Assembly (NCBI GenBank): GCA_020184695.1 | Contig: JAANOX010000080.1 | Coordinates: 62,001 to 126,000 of the forward strand | DNA: 64,000 nucleotides | Source of the DNA: Histomonas meleagridis 2922-C6/04-290x | Lineage: Eukaryota; Protista; Parabasalia | Direction of reading: 5' to 3' | Part shown: one piece after another, positions 22,644-33,600 of the stretch | Numbering within the stretch: position 1 is the stretch's first letter | How the letters are laid out: every line of letters starts with the position of its first letter | Position numbers and translations under genes: made by a program | The notes under the pieces: model-generated | What the model was told of the DNA's origin: nothing | Databases searched by the model: none | What the model saw: only the letters and a program-made list of their open reading frames with translations

Positions 22644-23095
22644 TAAAATAACTAATTTTTGTGCTTTTATGTATTAAAACAACATGTAAATAAAACCAAG
22701 TTTTAAATCAAAAGCATAATCGTTTCATTAATAATGATGGATCGAAAAATAAAAAACCTTCAAATTAGAATCAATTAAAGACGAAACCATACAATTTTTT
22801 ATCATTTGAGATAAATCGCTACCAGAAATAACAACTATAGTTTAATTTTAATATTCATTTTTGATTGTTTATTCATTGATAATCAAAAATGGTATTTGAA
22901 GATTTAGCTGAAATAATCTAAATATTAATTTATTGATAATAGGGTAATAATGTAATCTATTTTTTATTATGATATCATATAAAAAAATGAGATAAATTGA
23001 AACTATTTTTGAAACTTTTTTGCGTGCAATTGATACAAAAAGTTAGAGTAATCATATCAAATTTTCAATATTGCATTGTAAACTTTTCAACCAAA

Positions 23096-25504
23096 ATGGA
23101 AGCAAACATAGCGAAAAAGGCTAAAAAACGTCCTGTCTGGATCGCTATGTTGCAAAATACCCCTAGCTCAATAAACGACATTCGGGATACAAGAGAAAAC
23201 ATGAACAGAGTTTTTCATAATTACAAATCGAAGCGAATTTACCGTCAAATTCAAAAAGAATCACTGAAGTATGAGGTGAACCAATGCATTTGCTTTACTT
23301 ATGTTATTGCTGTGTTATTAATGGTTTTAATTTTTGCGATATATTCTTTTTTATCACATTCTCAAGCTCGAAATTTTGCTTTTGAGTTTTCAAATCAGAC
23401 ACTCAAACCAAGGGTTAAAGGGCATCTTGAACGTACTCGTGAAATGGTTTTAGAAAATTTTTATATATCCAACTTATTAGTTGGATTTCAACAAATTTCA
23501 TCTTCAAGCGGAGAAGTCAATCAAACGAAAGAACTTTTAAGTCTTTTATTCCGTACTTATCAAAATATTGCTTTTTCTGATTGTTCATCTCTCGGAATTG
23601 GATATCAAAATGGATTTTATCTTTCCGTAGATACAAACAAAATAGACCATTATGCAATATTTTCTAACAAATCCAACATATCAGATTTTTATCAATGGCG
23701 TTTAGATTCTAATGGAGAAAATGAATCTTTTCCATTATCAGAAGGTACTCCTATACAAACCACCAATTCTACTTGGTATAATTATCTAGCCTCTTCATTC
23801 CGCAAACACACATGTTTTCTAGCTCCATTTCTTTCTGATTTTTTTCCAGGCGAAGTTCTGATTGACACTTTTTGTATCGGCACCGACACTTTTGGGGAGC
23901 CGTTTATTTCCAATTTTTTATCAATTATTGATTATCTCAAAGAAATCTTTATTGAATATGAAGATTCTATCTATTCACGTTTTGCAGTTATTACCAACAC
24001 GAATGATATTGTTTTTTTATCTAATAATGAAGATCCAGGGTATTATTTTTATAATGGCCAATTATATTTTCGGAATTTATATGAAGTCCGAGATAACATT
24101 TGGCAAATGATAACACAAAATTCTGATTTTAATCATTATGATTCCTTTACTACATTATTAACCATTGATAATACACAATATAAATTTCTAATTTCGAAAG
24201 AAAACTTTACAGTTCTTGACATTAACTTTACATTAATATCTGCAATATGTGTTACTGAAGTATTAATCTCGAATGACCTTGAAATAGGTATTAGCGTTTA
24301 TTTATTTTCATTAATTTTGATTTTCTTAGATATATTATTATTAATCTTCATTCCTACGATAATGCGAAGTTTTGGTCCATCTGAAAACTATACATATTTC
24401 CGTGTTATTAAGAAGCCGTCGATACATTTATATCCGATTGGATTAAACAATGCGATTCGTAAGTTACGGAAAATTTGTATGTCTAAAATGCATGAGAAAG
24501 AAGTACCGAAATTAGCGGAAAGTGTATTACAGATGTTACTTTCAACACGAAATGACTTATATTATGATATTAATAATTTTTATAATAAAATCGAAAATGA
24601 TAAAGTCAAAAACAAAATAAAACAAATTTTCGGTGATACAGAAAATGATAAGAACGAAAACAACAAAAATAATTTGAACATTGACTTCGAAGATATTTTA
24701 TTATATAAAAAATCACATTTACAAAAAGATACAAAAGATATTAATATAGTGAAAAAGTCAATAATTTCATTACTGATAAATTATAATAAAAAAACAAAAA
24801 TGTTCAAACGAAAGAAATTTAAGAAATTCATAAAACAAAAGTTAAACTTAATTAATAATTTGATTATTACACAATTAATTGAAGATTCATTAAGTTTCGA
24901 TCATATAATTATTCAACATAAAATTAATAACGAGTTATATGGAGATGAATATTCATTCGCTTTAATATTGGCAACGTTCATTTGGCAGTTGAAAATGAGA
25001 AATCGAGAAAAGTTTAAAAAAGTTATAAATCGTTACTTCATATTAAATAATAATAAAATACTAAAAAGTGCAGAAAAGACACTTTTCGTGTTATGTCAAT
25101 TTTTAAAAGATAAAAACGACGATAGATGGATCAGATTTACTGAAATTGTAGTTTCTTGTATCGAAGTCGCACCAATTCGAAGTCAAAACTTGGCGTTTAA
25201 TAACGTTTTTTCTTTCTCTTATAATTTGTTGACAGAAAATAATCGAACAAAATTCGAATCATTAAATATTGTTCAAGTTTTGTTCATTGCTTCAACTTTA
25301 TCATTCTTTTTTGCGGAGGAAAATATTACAGAGAATGTTAACAAGTATTTGTTTACGGAGAAATCTGGAATGGAATTCTTATGTTGTTTGAATGAGATAC
25401 ATTTGACAATGTTGTTCAAATGCTTAAAATTTATTTGCGGTAATGAGTTCGGAAGTAAACTTAAAATTCCTTATAGGACTTTATATAGGAATGGTTTATG
25501 GTAA
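23096..25504 (+). CDS. Two-TM receptor-like protein with extracellular sensor-like domain and degenerate PDE-like C-terminus
   Basis: Likely ATG 23096 (MEANIAKK...). TMs near ICFTYVIAVLLMVLIFAIYSFL and IGISVYLFSLILIFLDILLLIFI. FALILATFIWQL aligns by eye to PDE FALLLAALCHD but lacks the catalytic His/Asp. Confidence 0.55.
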   Translation: MEANIAKKAKKRPVWIAMLQNTPSSINDIRDTRENMNRVFHNYKSKRIYRQIQKESLKYEVNQCICFTYVIAVLLMVLIFAIYSFLSHSQARNFAFEFSNQTLKPRVKGHLERTREMVLENFYISNLLVGFQQISSSSGEVNQTKELLSLLFRTYQNIAFSDCSSLGIGYQNGFYLSVDTNKIDHYAIFSNKSNISDFYQWRLDSNGENESFPLSEGTPIQTTNSTWYNYLASSFRKHTCFLAPFLSDFFPGEVLIDTFCIGTDTFGEPFISNFLSIIDYLKEIFIEYEDSIYSRFAVITNTNDIVFLSNNEDPGYYFYNGQLYFRNLYEVRDNIWQMITQNSDFNHYDSFTTLLTIDNTQYKFLISKENFTVLDINFTLISAICVTEVLISNDLEIGISVYLFSLILIFLDILLLIFIPTIMRSFGPSENYTYFRVIKKPSIHLYPIGLNNAIRKLRKICMSKMHEKEVPKLAESVLQMLLSTRNDLYYDINNFYNKIENDKVKNKIKQIFGDTENDKNENNKNNLNIDFEDILLYKKSHLQKDTKDINIVKKSIISLLINYNKKTKMFKRKKFKKFIKQKLNLINNLIITQLIEDSLSFDHIIIQHKINNELYGDEYSFALILATFIWQLKMRNREKFKKVINRYFILNNNKILKSAEKTLFVLCQFLKDKNDDRWIRFTEIVVSCIEVAPIRSQNLAFNNVFSFSYNLLTENNRTKFESLNIVQVLFIASTLSFFFAEENITENVNKYLFTEKSGMEFLCCLNEIHLTMLFKCLKFICGNEFGSKLKIPYRTLYRNGLW

Positions 25505-25940
25505 AAAAATGTTTGTAAATAAATTGTTTATAAATTCATTTATACTACAGTCACTTTTAATAAATTTTATAGCGCTACTTTTTCAATTCAAAACGATCAA
25601 AACAAGGCAAAGAACCAATTAATGTTTATTTAGGCTGATGTCTGTCCCTGCTTGGATTGGCTCTCACATATATGATATAGCATTCAGATCTCGTTTTGAA
25701 TCGAAAAAGCGGCTCTACAAAATTTTGTAGATCATAATTTGTTTGCGCTACTTTTGTCGGGGTGCCCTAGAATGCGGTTCTTTTCAACTTTTTGTGTTGT
25801 TTTTCATATGGACGGTTTTTATACAAAAAAGTGGAAATTTTTGCAACAGAAACAAGAATAAAATATTTTAAAATGAAAAAAGTATTTTAAGATACAATTT
25901 TTAACATTAAATATAATAACTAATTTAAATACAGTTTTGC

Positions 25941-26417
25941 TTACATATAATTAACTGGGAAAATTGCCCCGCTTGGAGGTGCAGGTGCTGGATTCGCCAT
26001 TTGCGCTGGATTATAGGTTGGCGTGACAAAAGCTGAAATTGTGGCTGTTAGTTTCAGTTTTGCTGCAACAATTGCATTATTTTCACAACTTAGAATTGGA
26101 AATTGAAATTTTTTGGGTTTTCCAACTGGAAACGATTTTAGTCCAACTTTGGACGTACCAAGAATAATAGTTTGTTGGGATGCTTCATTGATTGTGCATA
26201 ATAATGTGTAAACAAAAGCTGATGAAAAGTCGGAAATGACCAAGATAAGTCTCGCAGCATAATCCCATTTTGGCTTTGATGGGTGAACTTTTGGTGTAGT
26301 AATCATATTATTAATACCATCGACTTTAATAGCTAAAAAAATTTTAGAATCTATTGATTGAATGTCTTCGGAAAGATCTGCTGAGTTTATGATAAAATCG
26401 AGGAGATAACTGGACAT
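25941..26417 (-). CDS. C2-domain-like protein, 158 aa
   Basis: Beta-strand pattern with PKWDY and ILGTSKVGL, C2-like; Pro-rich tail. Confidence 0.55.
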   Translation of the reverse strand: MSSYLLDFIINSADLSEDIQSIDSKIFLAIKVDGINNMITTPKVHPSKPKWDYAARLILVISDFSSAFVYTLLCTINEASQQTIILGTSKVGLKSFPVGKPKKFQFPILSCENNAIVAAKLKLTATISAFVTPTYNPAQMANPAPAPPSGAIFPVNYM

Positions 26418-26684
26418 TAATTTGGTGTCAGCAAAATTTCAGATGAACGTTATTTAATAGGGTTTGTTTGGCCGTTTTAGTGACTGAATTTGTGTCCGAT
26501 ATACTCAAAAAGTTGCTTGGAGAAATAAAATTTGGTTGTTGTTCATATGTGATGAAGATATCGATATTAAAGAAGGCTTCAATTTAAAACAATTCAAAAA
26601 TAAACAGTAAACATTTATTAAATTACATACTTTCTAAAGTGTATAATTATTTATGAATTTCGGTGAAGTAATAAAGCTCAAAAT

Positions 26685-27097
26685 TTATTGACATTCAAGT
26701 GCTTCCTTACATTGTTGACGACGAACTTTGTGACGTTGTGCACGCACCAGATCCCCAAACCCTCACCTTTTGCTTAGGAGGTTTCAGACGCAAAATACGT
26801 GTAAATTTGTTCTTCTCTGCAATCTCTGCTTTAATAAGACGATGCTTTTGTTTTGAGTGCATCTAAATTATCGTAAATAAGACCAAAGCCAGTGGTACGA
26901 CCACCTCCAAATTTTATTTTGAGGGAGAAAATAACAATGATATCCTTGTTGGCCTTAAGCTATTTAGCAACTAAATCTTTGATTTCATCGAGTTGGAGTC
27001 ATGTCACCAGGATGTTTTAAATCAACAGAAAACTGTTTTCGGCCAAGCAATTTATTCACAAATGTATTTGCGGATACGCACTGTTACTTTAGGCAAT
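26685..27097 (-). pseudogene. RPS24: 40S ribosomal protein S24 (eS24) pseudogene; absent from ORF track
   Basis: Pieced translation [83 protein letters not shown]...VWGSG. Start ATG lost, in-frame TAG at 26960-26962, several indels. Confidence 0.9.
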
Positions 27098-27197
27098 GGG
27101 AGAAGAAAATGAAACCAGCCCACTGCAAACGGTCATCAAACGTATTCAAACCGCCAAAACCGCCTATTGTTTTGCATTTTTTGTGGTTTTTGGTCAA

Positions 27198-27476
27198 ATG
27201 AGTGAACGAAAATCGGTATCGCCTTCACCTGCAAAAATGACCGACAGAACTCCAAAACAGGAGCTTCCACAAGGATCAGATGAATTACTAAAAATTCTTA
27301 CAAGTAGACCAGCTATTTTCATTCTGATCATAACTTGTATTGCATCAGTTCTTATCTCAGCCTATCTTTACAAGCATGGCGGCAAATATGGAATTCTTAT
27401 TTTTGCTGCTTTTCTTTTTGCAGCTATGTTTTTAGCTCGTCATCTCATTGGAAATTACAAGCCAAAAAATAAGTAA
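27198..27476 (+). CDS. Small two-TM membrane protein (hypothetical)
   Basis: Likely ATG 27198 (MSERKSVSP...). The ORF-track upstream extension overlaps the RPS24 pseudogene promoter. Two hydrophobic segments. Confidence 0.6.
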   Translation: MSERKSVSPSPAKMTDRTPKQELPQGSDELLKILTSRPAIFILIITCIASVLISAYLYKHGGKYGILIFAAFLFAAMFLARHLIGNYKPKNK

Positions 27477-27753
27477 GTAAATATTTCTTTTAATTCCGTG
27501 TTCCTATTTTTAATTTTTTATAGAAGAAACTCTTAAATTTTTAAATGTTAATTTACTCATGTGCAATTATTTAAAATTATTTACAAACTTAAACAAATGA
27601 GCTTCACATCAAATCTGCGACTGATATGATTGAAATATGCTTGGGTGAAGCAGTGTTATTGTCTTTACAATAATTAAACTTCTTATGTATGATATTTCAT
27701 TTTGATAAAATTTTTATGGTTTCATACGTATGTATATAAAAAAGTGATTAAGA

Positions 27754-27880
27754 ATTCAATGACTGATTCAGATATTTATTTAAATGATTTAAAATTTCAA
27801 AATAATATTTGGAAATCATTTATAATATTTGAAACAGCGCTTATGCTAGCAAATATAAAAATACAGAAAAGCTAAATTAC
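27754..27880 (+). repeat. Solo relic of the 80-nt ankyrin spacer followed by TALMLA
   Basis: ...TTTCAAAATAATATTTGGAAATCATTTATAATATTTGAA|ACA GCG CTT ATG CTA GCA. Counting from 27754, GG falls at 58-59 and C at 45. In-frame stop a few codons later. Confidence 0.8.
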
Positions 27881-28061
27881 TTCATGAACATAAAGGGATT
27901 GAAATATAGTACAGGAAAAATAATAGATTGAAAGTAAATCTTGATATCAAATAAAAATTTACAAATCCTTTTTCAGTATCATAAATCAGAAATAATAATT
28001 CTATTTATTGATATTGGTGTTGAAATTTTAATATTCGAGAACATAAAATGTCACTTTTTAT

Positions 28062-29066
28062 ATGATATTGCAGCTTTTTTCTCTCTTAATGATAATTTTA
28101 CTCGGTATCATGTTTTACTACACCGTAAAAATGGGAATCACTGAAAGAAAAAATGAATCAAATTTACCCAAAAAAAATAATACAACGCAGATTCAATCAA
28201 ATCCACAACCTCCAAAACAAGAAATCTTCATTGAACCATCACCTGTCCAAGGTGTGAAAGTTCCTTTCCCATCAATCCGATCCAAAAGCGAAGTTTTATA
28301 TTCAATAGTTATACCTGTTCGAAATGTAGCAATGTTTATTTATCCCCTTCTCGAAGACGTTAATAATTATTTTGAAAATCTTGTTATTCTAGACCCGACT
28401 TTTACATATGAAATCATTATTGTTGATATTCATTCACATGACAATACAAGAGAACTTTCCATCAATTTTGCCCAAACCCATAAATCATTTCGTGTTCTTC
28501 ACATTCCATATTATGTTACATATTGTAATTCATTACTTCTCTCAGGAATCCGCACGCGTGGTCGATTCATATTTTTTTACCAACCATATCGTGGTGTTCC
28601 CATTTCATGTTTTTCATCATATGTTACTGAAATGAACAAATGTTTAAATCGATCTGATAGCTGTGTAGTTCTTGGATCATTTTTACCATTTGGCGATGAA
28701 TTTAAGATCCATAAGACATCTCTGTATAATTGCCTTAATAAAATATCCAATAAAATTCTTCAACGATTTATGTATCTTGAAGAAAACGAATTTTTACGCT
28801 GTCAAACTTACCTTATGACAAAGCTTGCGGCTGTAAAGATATTGTTAAATCTGAAATATTCAAGAAGTTTAATCGATACAGAAATTATTATGATTTCGTA
28901 TATGTTAAATATCCAAATTGAAATTGCTCATTTGAATGTAACAGCAATAAATGAAGTCAAAGTATCGGCTATTGATAAAGTAGATGATTTCATTACAATT
29001 ATCCAATTGATTTTGATGAAAAAGTTCGGATTATGGAAACCAAAAATTGTTAAAGTTGAACAATAA
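28062..29066 (+). CDS. GT2 glycosyltransferase, ALG5 (Dol-P-Glc synthase)-like, degenerate motifs
   Basis: N-terminal TM, YSIVIPVRN, YEIIIVDIHSHDNT, RTRGRFIFF, DTEIIM. The DDGS and DAD motifs are replaced. Confidence 0.7.
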   Translation: MILQLFSLLMIILLGIMFYYTVKMGITERKNESNLPKKNNTTQIQSNPQPPKQEIFIEPSPVQGVKVPFPSIRSKSEVLYSIVIPVRNVAMFIYPLLEDVNNYFENLVILDPTFTYEIIIVDIHSHDNTRELSINFAQTHKSFRVLHIPYYVTYCNSLLLSGIRTRGRFIFFYQPYRGVPISCFSSYVTEMNKCLNRSDSCVVLGSFLPFGDEFKIHKTSLYNCLNKISNKILQRFMYLEENEFLRCQTYLMTKLAAVKILLNLKYSRSLIDTEIIMISYMLNIQIEIAHLNVTAINEVKVSAIDKVDDFITIIQLILMKKFGLWKPKIVKVEQ

Positions 29067-29335
29067 CAGAAAAAAAATTGTGTTTTGTATGAATAAATAG
29101 AATTAAATGATAATTTTTATTCAAATTTTTTTCAATAATGTGTTTTAGAGAAAAATGTTTTTTCAGGTTTTGTGACATGCAAAATAAATCACAACGTGAA
29201 GGAGTTTCTCTAGTTATTTAAACAAAGACCTAAAAAGCTTTTTATAACCTAAATTGGAATTATTAAAGTTCGTGATGTAATTCAAAAAGTGCCATGACGA
29301 TACAACACGACCAAAATCTATTTTAAAAAAAATAA

Positions 29336-29959
29336 ATGATTGGAGTTGCAAAAACAAAAAAGTTAAAGCATGCTATCGGATTTTACAAGAGTAGCTTTTC
29401 TCTGCACCCTCCATATTTGATTGTGTGCGAGGGAAATTTTTTATTTGCTGCACTTGATAAAAAAATTAATATCTTGCAACAACTTACAGATGCTTTTAAA
29501 GGAAAAGTTTATTTAAAAATTACAACATGTACATTACAGGAAGTAGATAAACTCAAGCAAAAAGAATTTAATCAATTAAAGCGGTTTGCACATAATGATT
29601 GCCAAAGATTTAAGTGTAGCCATGGCGTTATGAATGCCCCAGATTGTATTATGGATCTTTTAAAGCACGGGTTTGTTGGTGGCGTTGGAACTCAAGATAT
29701 AACATTAAGAAGAAGAATTCATGCAAACTATCCAGAAATTCCTGTTTTTTTCATAAATAAAACATTACAAATTTGCAGGCCACCAGAGTCTCTTCGAAAA
29801 AAAGTCAACAAGGAATTAATTGATAAATATGCACCAAAAACTCTCAACAAAGAAGAAGAAATAACGATAGAACAAAAGGCTGTTGATGATGATGGTGATG
29901 AACAAAAAAGCCAAGAAAATGAAAATATTTCTGACAACAATGAATCAGATAAAGAATAA
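29336..29959 (+). CDS. UTP23: rRNA-processing protein UTP23 (Fcf1/PIN family)
   Basis: FYKSSFSLHPPYLIVCEGNF, ITTCTLQE, CSH, GTQDITLRRRI...PVFFI. Confidence 0.8.
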   Translation: MIGVAKTKKLKHAIGFYKSSFSLHPPYLIVCEGNFLFAALDKKINILQQLTDAFKGKVYLKITTCTLQEVDKLKQKEFNQLKRFAHNDCQRFKCSHGVMNAPDCIMDLLKHGFVGGVGTQDITLRRRIHANYPEIPVFFINKTLQICRPPESLRKKVNKELIDKYAPKTLNKEEEITIEQKAVDDDGDEQKSQENENISDNNESDKE

Positions 29960-30269
29960 ACATAGAATTCGAAAAATAAATGTAAGGTAAAATATCATTA
30001 AAATTATTTTTCTTTTTAACCAACAACAATAACTATTTGATATAATATTAGGCAAAAATTTCATGATATCAAATTTGATATAATAAATTTCATAATATGA
30101 AGAATATTTTTTGAAAAAAGTTTAATATTTAGATAATTAGCATAAGATTTACATTGTTTACTCAATCAGAATTCATGAAAGAGAATCGATATATTATTCA
30201 TCAAATCCTCAAAATATTTAAATTAAACAATGGACCTGTTTCAAAACAAAAATGAAACCAAAATTTTGT

Positions 30270-30692
30270 TTAACGGTATGACATTTGTCTGCGAACACGT
30301 GCACCTTGGCCACCGAATTTCTTTGGCTCCATACGACGTGGATCTGCAACAAGGAGTGTACGGTCGTAATCTAAGAGGACCTTCTTGATTTCATCTTTAG
30401 CTTGTTCGTCAACATACTTTTGGTAATATGCAACAACGGCTTTGGCAATTGCTTGACGAATTGCGTATATTTGGGCAACGCTACCACCACCATGGCAACG
30501 GAGACGGATATCAAGATTCTTGTATTTATCTTCGCCGATAAGGAGAAGTGGTTCCATTAGCTTAGCTTTGAGAGTTTCAGTTCCTACAAGGCCAAGTGGA
30601 ACACCATTTAATTTGATGAGGCCTGAGCCTTCCTTGCAGTAAGCGACTGCTGTAGCTGTTTTTTTGCGCCCAAAGACTTGAACACTCTTCAT
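30270..30692 (-). CDS. RPS16: 40S ribosomal protein S16 (uS9)
   Basis: [17 protein letters not shown]...[18 protein letters not shown]...[17 protein letters not shown]. Confidence 0.98.
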   Translation of the reverse strand: MKSVQVFGRKKTATAVAYCKEGSGLIKLNGVPLGLVGTETLKAKLMEPLLLIGEDKYKNLDIRLRCHGGGSVAQIYAIRQAIAKAVVAYYQKYVDEQAKDEIKKVLLDYDRTLLVADPRRMEPKKFGGQGARVRRQMSYR

Positions 30693-30705
30693 TTAAGGAG
30701 GGCCA

Positions 30706-30728
30706 AAAGGCACTTTTTGGAAACCGTT
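30706..30728 (-). promoter_or_regulatory. M3 (ACGGTT) + M5 (CCTTT) core promoter of RPS16
   Basis: Minus strand AAACGGTTTCCAAAAAGTGCCTTTTGGCCCTCCTTAAATG; same arrangement as the Trichomonas vaginalis M3/M5 elements of ribosomal protein genes. Confidence 0.7.
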
Positions 30729-31158
30729 TACTCACATGGAACTTTAACGGTTTCTTTCACATAACCAAATGAAATTACTCAGCAATCAGCAAGTTTTCTA
30801 TTAGGATTGACCAATTTGAAGCGTTTTCGTATTTATCTGGTTATTTATTTTCAAATTTTTGAATCAAAAGAAATTTTTATTAAATTTGAATCAGAAAAAT
30901 TTCCATCATCTTTTAGAAAAGAGCTAATTATTGTCTTTTTAAGCCATAACTCAATCAGAGTGACAATATATTACATGTTTAGTGCAATTATTTTAATAAT
31001 TGTTTTTATCTGCATTTCATGAAGAGGGCCTCACAAATTTGGTATTTAAAACTATCTGCCAATAAAATTTTATTTTTTTTTCATATAATTTCATAGATTT
31101 AATGATAATTTGCTTCACATGTAAATTTAATAAAAAAATGTATTGTAAAAAGTGTTGT

Positions 31159-31671
31159 TCAACACACTTGTGTTTCTTCGTCAATAAGATCCGGGACTTT
31201 ATCAATGATCACAAACTTTGAAAAATAATATTTTTCTTCTTTTTTGTATTCGGTGATTTCTTGTGTCTCTCTTTTATCTTCTTGTTGACTAGAAAACTTT
31301 GAAAAGTTTGGATCTACTTCAAAAAATAATTTTTGATTATTCTCATTGATATCAATTGGTTCCGGTATGAAACTTATTGATCTTTTTTGCCTTTCTTCTG
31401 CCGAGATTGGCTTGTATGATGATGCTTCTTTCTTTTTTATAGAATGTAATAATTCATCAATATCAATTTTTTCTTTTTTATCTGCACTTCTCAGATCAAC
31501 ACTTTTATCAGTTGGCATCTTCTTTGATAGCTTATGCCCCAAAACACTCATTGTGCCACCTCTCCATCTATACATTTTTTTAATCACAACATCAAACTTT
31601 GATGGGCGGTTTTTGAATTCACTTAGTGTCACTTTTTTGAACTTTCTGCACAAAATATAAATTTCCATCAA
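31159..31671 (-). CDS. Hypothetical protein, 170 aa
   Basis: Charged ORF with no domain recognised; start uncertain. Confidence 0.5.
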   Translation of the reverse strand: MMEIYILCRKFKKVTLSEFKNRPSKFDVVIKKMYRWRGGTMSVLGHKLSKKMPTDKSVDLRSADKKEKIDIDELLHSIKKKEASSYKPISAEERQKRSISFIPEPIDINENNQKLFFEVDPNFSKFSSQQEDKRETQEITEYKKEEKYYFSKFVIIDKVPDLIDEETQVC

Positions 31672-32141
31672 TGATTTTAGTTAAAAATCTCAAAGCGATT
31701 ATGAAAATAACATTTTTAAAGTTTTCACATATTATTTTTTGTTGTTAACAAAATTTTTTTGTGAGCCAAATATTCAAATAAGTTATGTTTTCAATAGATC
31801 AATTCATAATAACTTTATCAATTGAAAAAATATAAAATGATAATATAATTTATAAATTTATTGACGGAAATTATTCAAGTCATAAGAAATTAAATAGTAC
31901 ATAAAAACTCAATCGTGAAAATTGGTTTCAATATTACAATAAACAAAATGCATTCCATTTGAATCAAATTTTTTCCAAACACATTTCTCATTATTATTTT
32001 AATGTAATACACGTCAAACAATAAAAGCAGTTTCATTCTGGAGATACTTATTGTTTCGATTCAACAAATTCAAAATCAATTTCCTCCTTAAAATTTTTTA
32101 TAAAATTTTCATATCGCGCGAATTTGTTGTACCCGTTTTTT

Positions 32142-33176
32142 CTAGCTGGTCGACTCATTTACATCCGTTGACAAAATTGGCAGATCTTGATCATTTGATT
32201 GAGATGATTGAAATATTCTATAATACCATTTCTGTGCCGATCTCTTGTTGCGTGCCTCCAGGTATATTGCGTGGACCCCATGTACAACAACGGGCTTATC
32301 TTTTTTGAACTTGACATATTGGAGTTCGGACCCAGCGTCAATTGGCTCAATTGCCAGTCTTGTCTCATCAGCGTTCTCAAAGCTGACCTTTGTCGCCGTC
32401 AATTGAAACATACCAAGAGGCTGATCGCGACTTTCGGGAGATGCATCTTTAAAGTAGTAAATACATGAATTAGCAAGAACAAAGTAGTGCTCAGTCCACA
32501 CGGACTTCCATTGGTCTGTTTTCTTCTTCAGATTCTCGACTAACCGCGGACATGAATAAGCCATTATTTCCTTACTCTTGTTCGTGAAAGCAAATGGACA
32601 ACTCTTAATATCGTTGTAAATGCTTTGTAATGTTTCCTCTGATATCGAATCTGGAGGAAGGGCACCCTTTAAATTATTGATAAAGGCAGTAACAGACATC
32701 CTGTTCTTGACATTGGGATTATGGAGATCACTGTTAAGCATAACAATCGCAAACGCTAGAACATAGGCAGCATCAGATGACGGAAATGAATCTGGATTTT
32801 GTTCCATATATATCTCTGAAAAACACATGATAATTCGATCTATTTGCTCTGCTTCACCAGGAAGGTGCATTGAACTGGATAAAGCTTTTCGCATAGCAGG
32901 TAAAAAAGGTCCAGTTAACTCTAACTCATTGAAATAAGCTTTTGCAATTTCTTTGTTTTCTTCCGCTGATAAATAGTCACCAATCTTATCACCTAGAAGG
33001 CCTGAGGTTGTGTGCAAAATATGAGCAATGCTTCGAGGTGATTGATCATAATTTAAAACGTTGCACAATATTGAAATTCCGTTTTTTGGTTTGACATTAA
33101 ACTGGTAAATAGCATCCTGTATCTTATCTTCTGCTTCAAGTTCAAGAGCCAAAGCTTCGTCAACTTTGATATTCAT
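32142..33176 (-). CDS. Sec7 + PH domain Arf GEF (cytohesin/ARNO-like)
   Basis: FNVKPKNGI, IGDYLS, HLPGEAEQIDRII..F...Y, AYVLAFAIVMLNSDLHNPNVK, then PH (W...YFVLANSCIYYFKD...KWY). Confidence 0.93.
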   Translation of the reverse strand: MNIKVDEALALELEAEDKIQDAIYQFNVKPKNGISILCNVLNYDQSPRSIAHILHTTSGLLGDKIGDYLSAEENKEIAKAYFNELELTGPFLPAMRKALSSSMHLPGEAEQIDRIIMCFSEIYMEQNPDSFPSSDAAYVLAFAIVMLNSDLHNPNVKNRMSVTAFINNLKGALPPDSISEETLQSIYNDIKSCPFAFTNKSKEIMAYSCPRLVENLKKKTDQWKSVWTEHYFVLANSCIYYFKDASPESRDQPLGMFQLTATKVSFENADETRLAIEPIDAGSELQYVKFKKDKPVVVHGVHAIYLEARNKRSAQKWYYRIFQSSQSNDQDLPILSTDVNESTS

Positions 33177-33419
33177 TTTTGGTGCCCTTTGAAAACCGCC
33201 GTTTTAATTCAAATTTTTTTTGGGAACAAAAACAGGATCAGGCAAAGTGGTTACATGAGTAACGATATTCTTTATGACAAAATATCAAATAATTTTAAAA
33301 ATTTATATAAAAATAATATTATTTTTTTTTTTGTTGTTAGCTTCATGGAAAAATATTTGGCAATATCAACTATACACCGTGATATTTTTCCGTTTTTTCA
33401 TATAAAACGATACGCTTAA

Positions 33420-33600
33420 CTTAAGAGGCTTAAGAAGTAATTTAACTATTTCTATAAAGGCTTTTGGGGATGCTAAAATAAGTACTGTTTTAAATAATTT
33501 GAATAATTTCCAAATATTACTTTGAAATCACATTAGATTAAAATAAATATTCAATAAAATGAATATCAAGAGTATCAACATCATTTGTGATTCATAACTA
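33420..33600 (-). repeat. Solo ankyrin fragment with a 76-nt version of the spacer
   Basis: ...GAT ACT CTT GAT|spacer 33564-33489 (TTTCAAAGTAATATTTGGAAATTATTCAAATTATTTAAA)|ACA GTA CTT ATT TTA GCA...EIVKLLL. Confidence 0.8.

Noticed and set aside
25600-25800. GC-richer intergenic stretch with an 18-bp palindrome (25714-25731) as a possible ncRNA
   Set aside because: No snRNA, snoRNA box or tRNA motifs could be identified.
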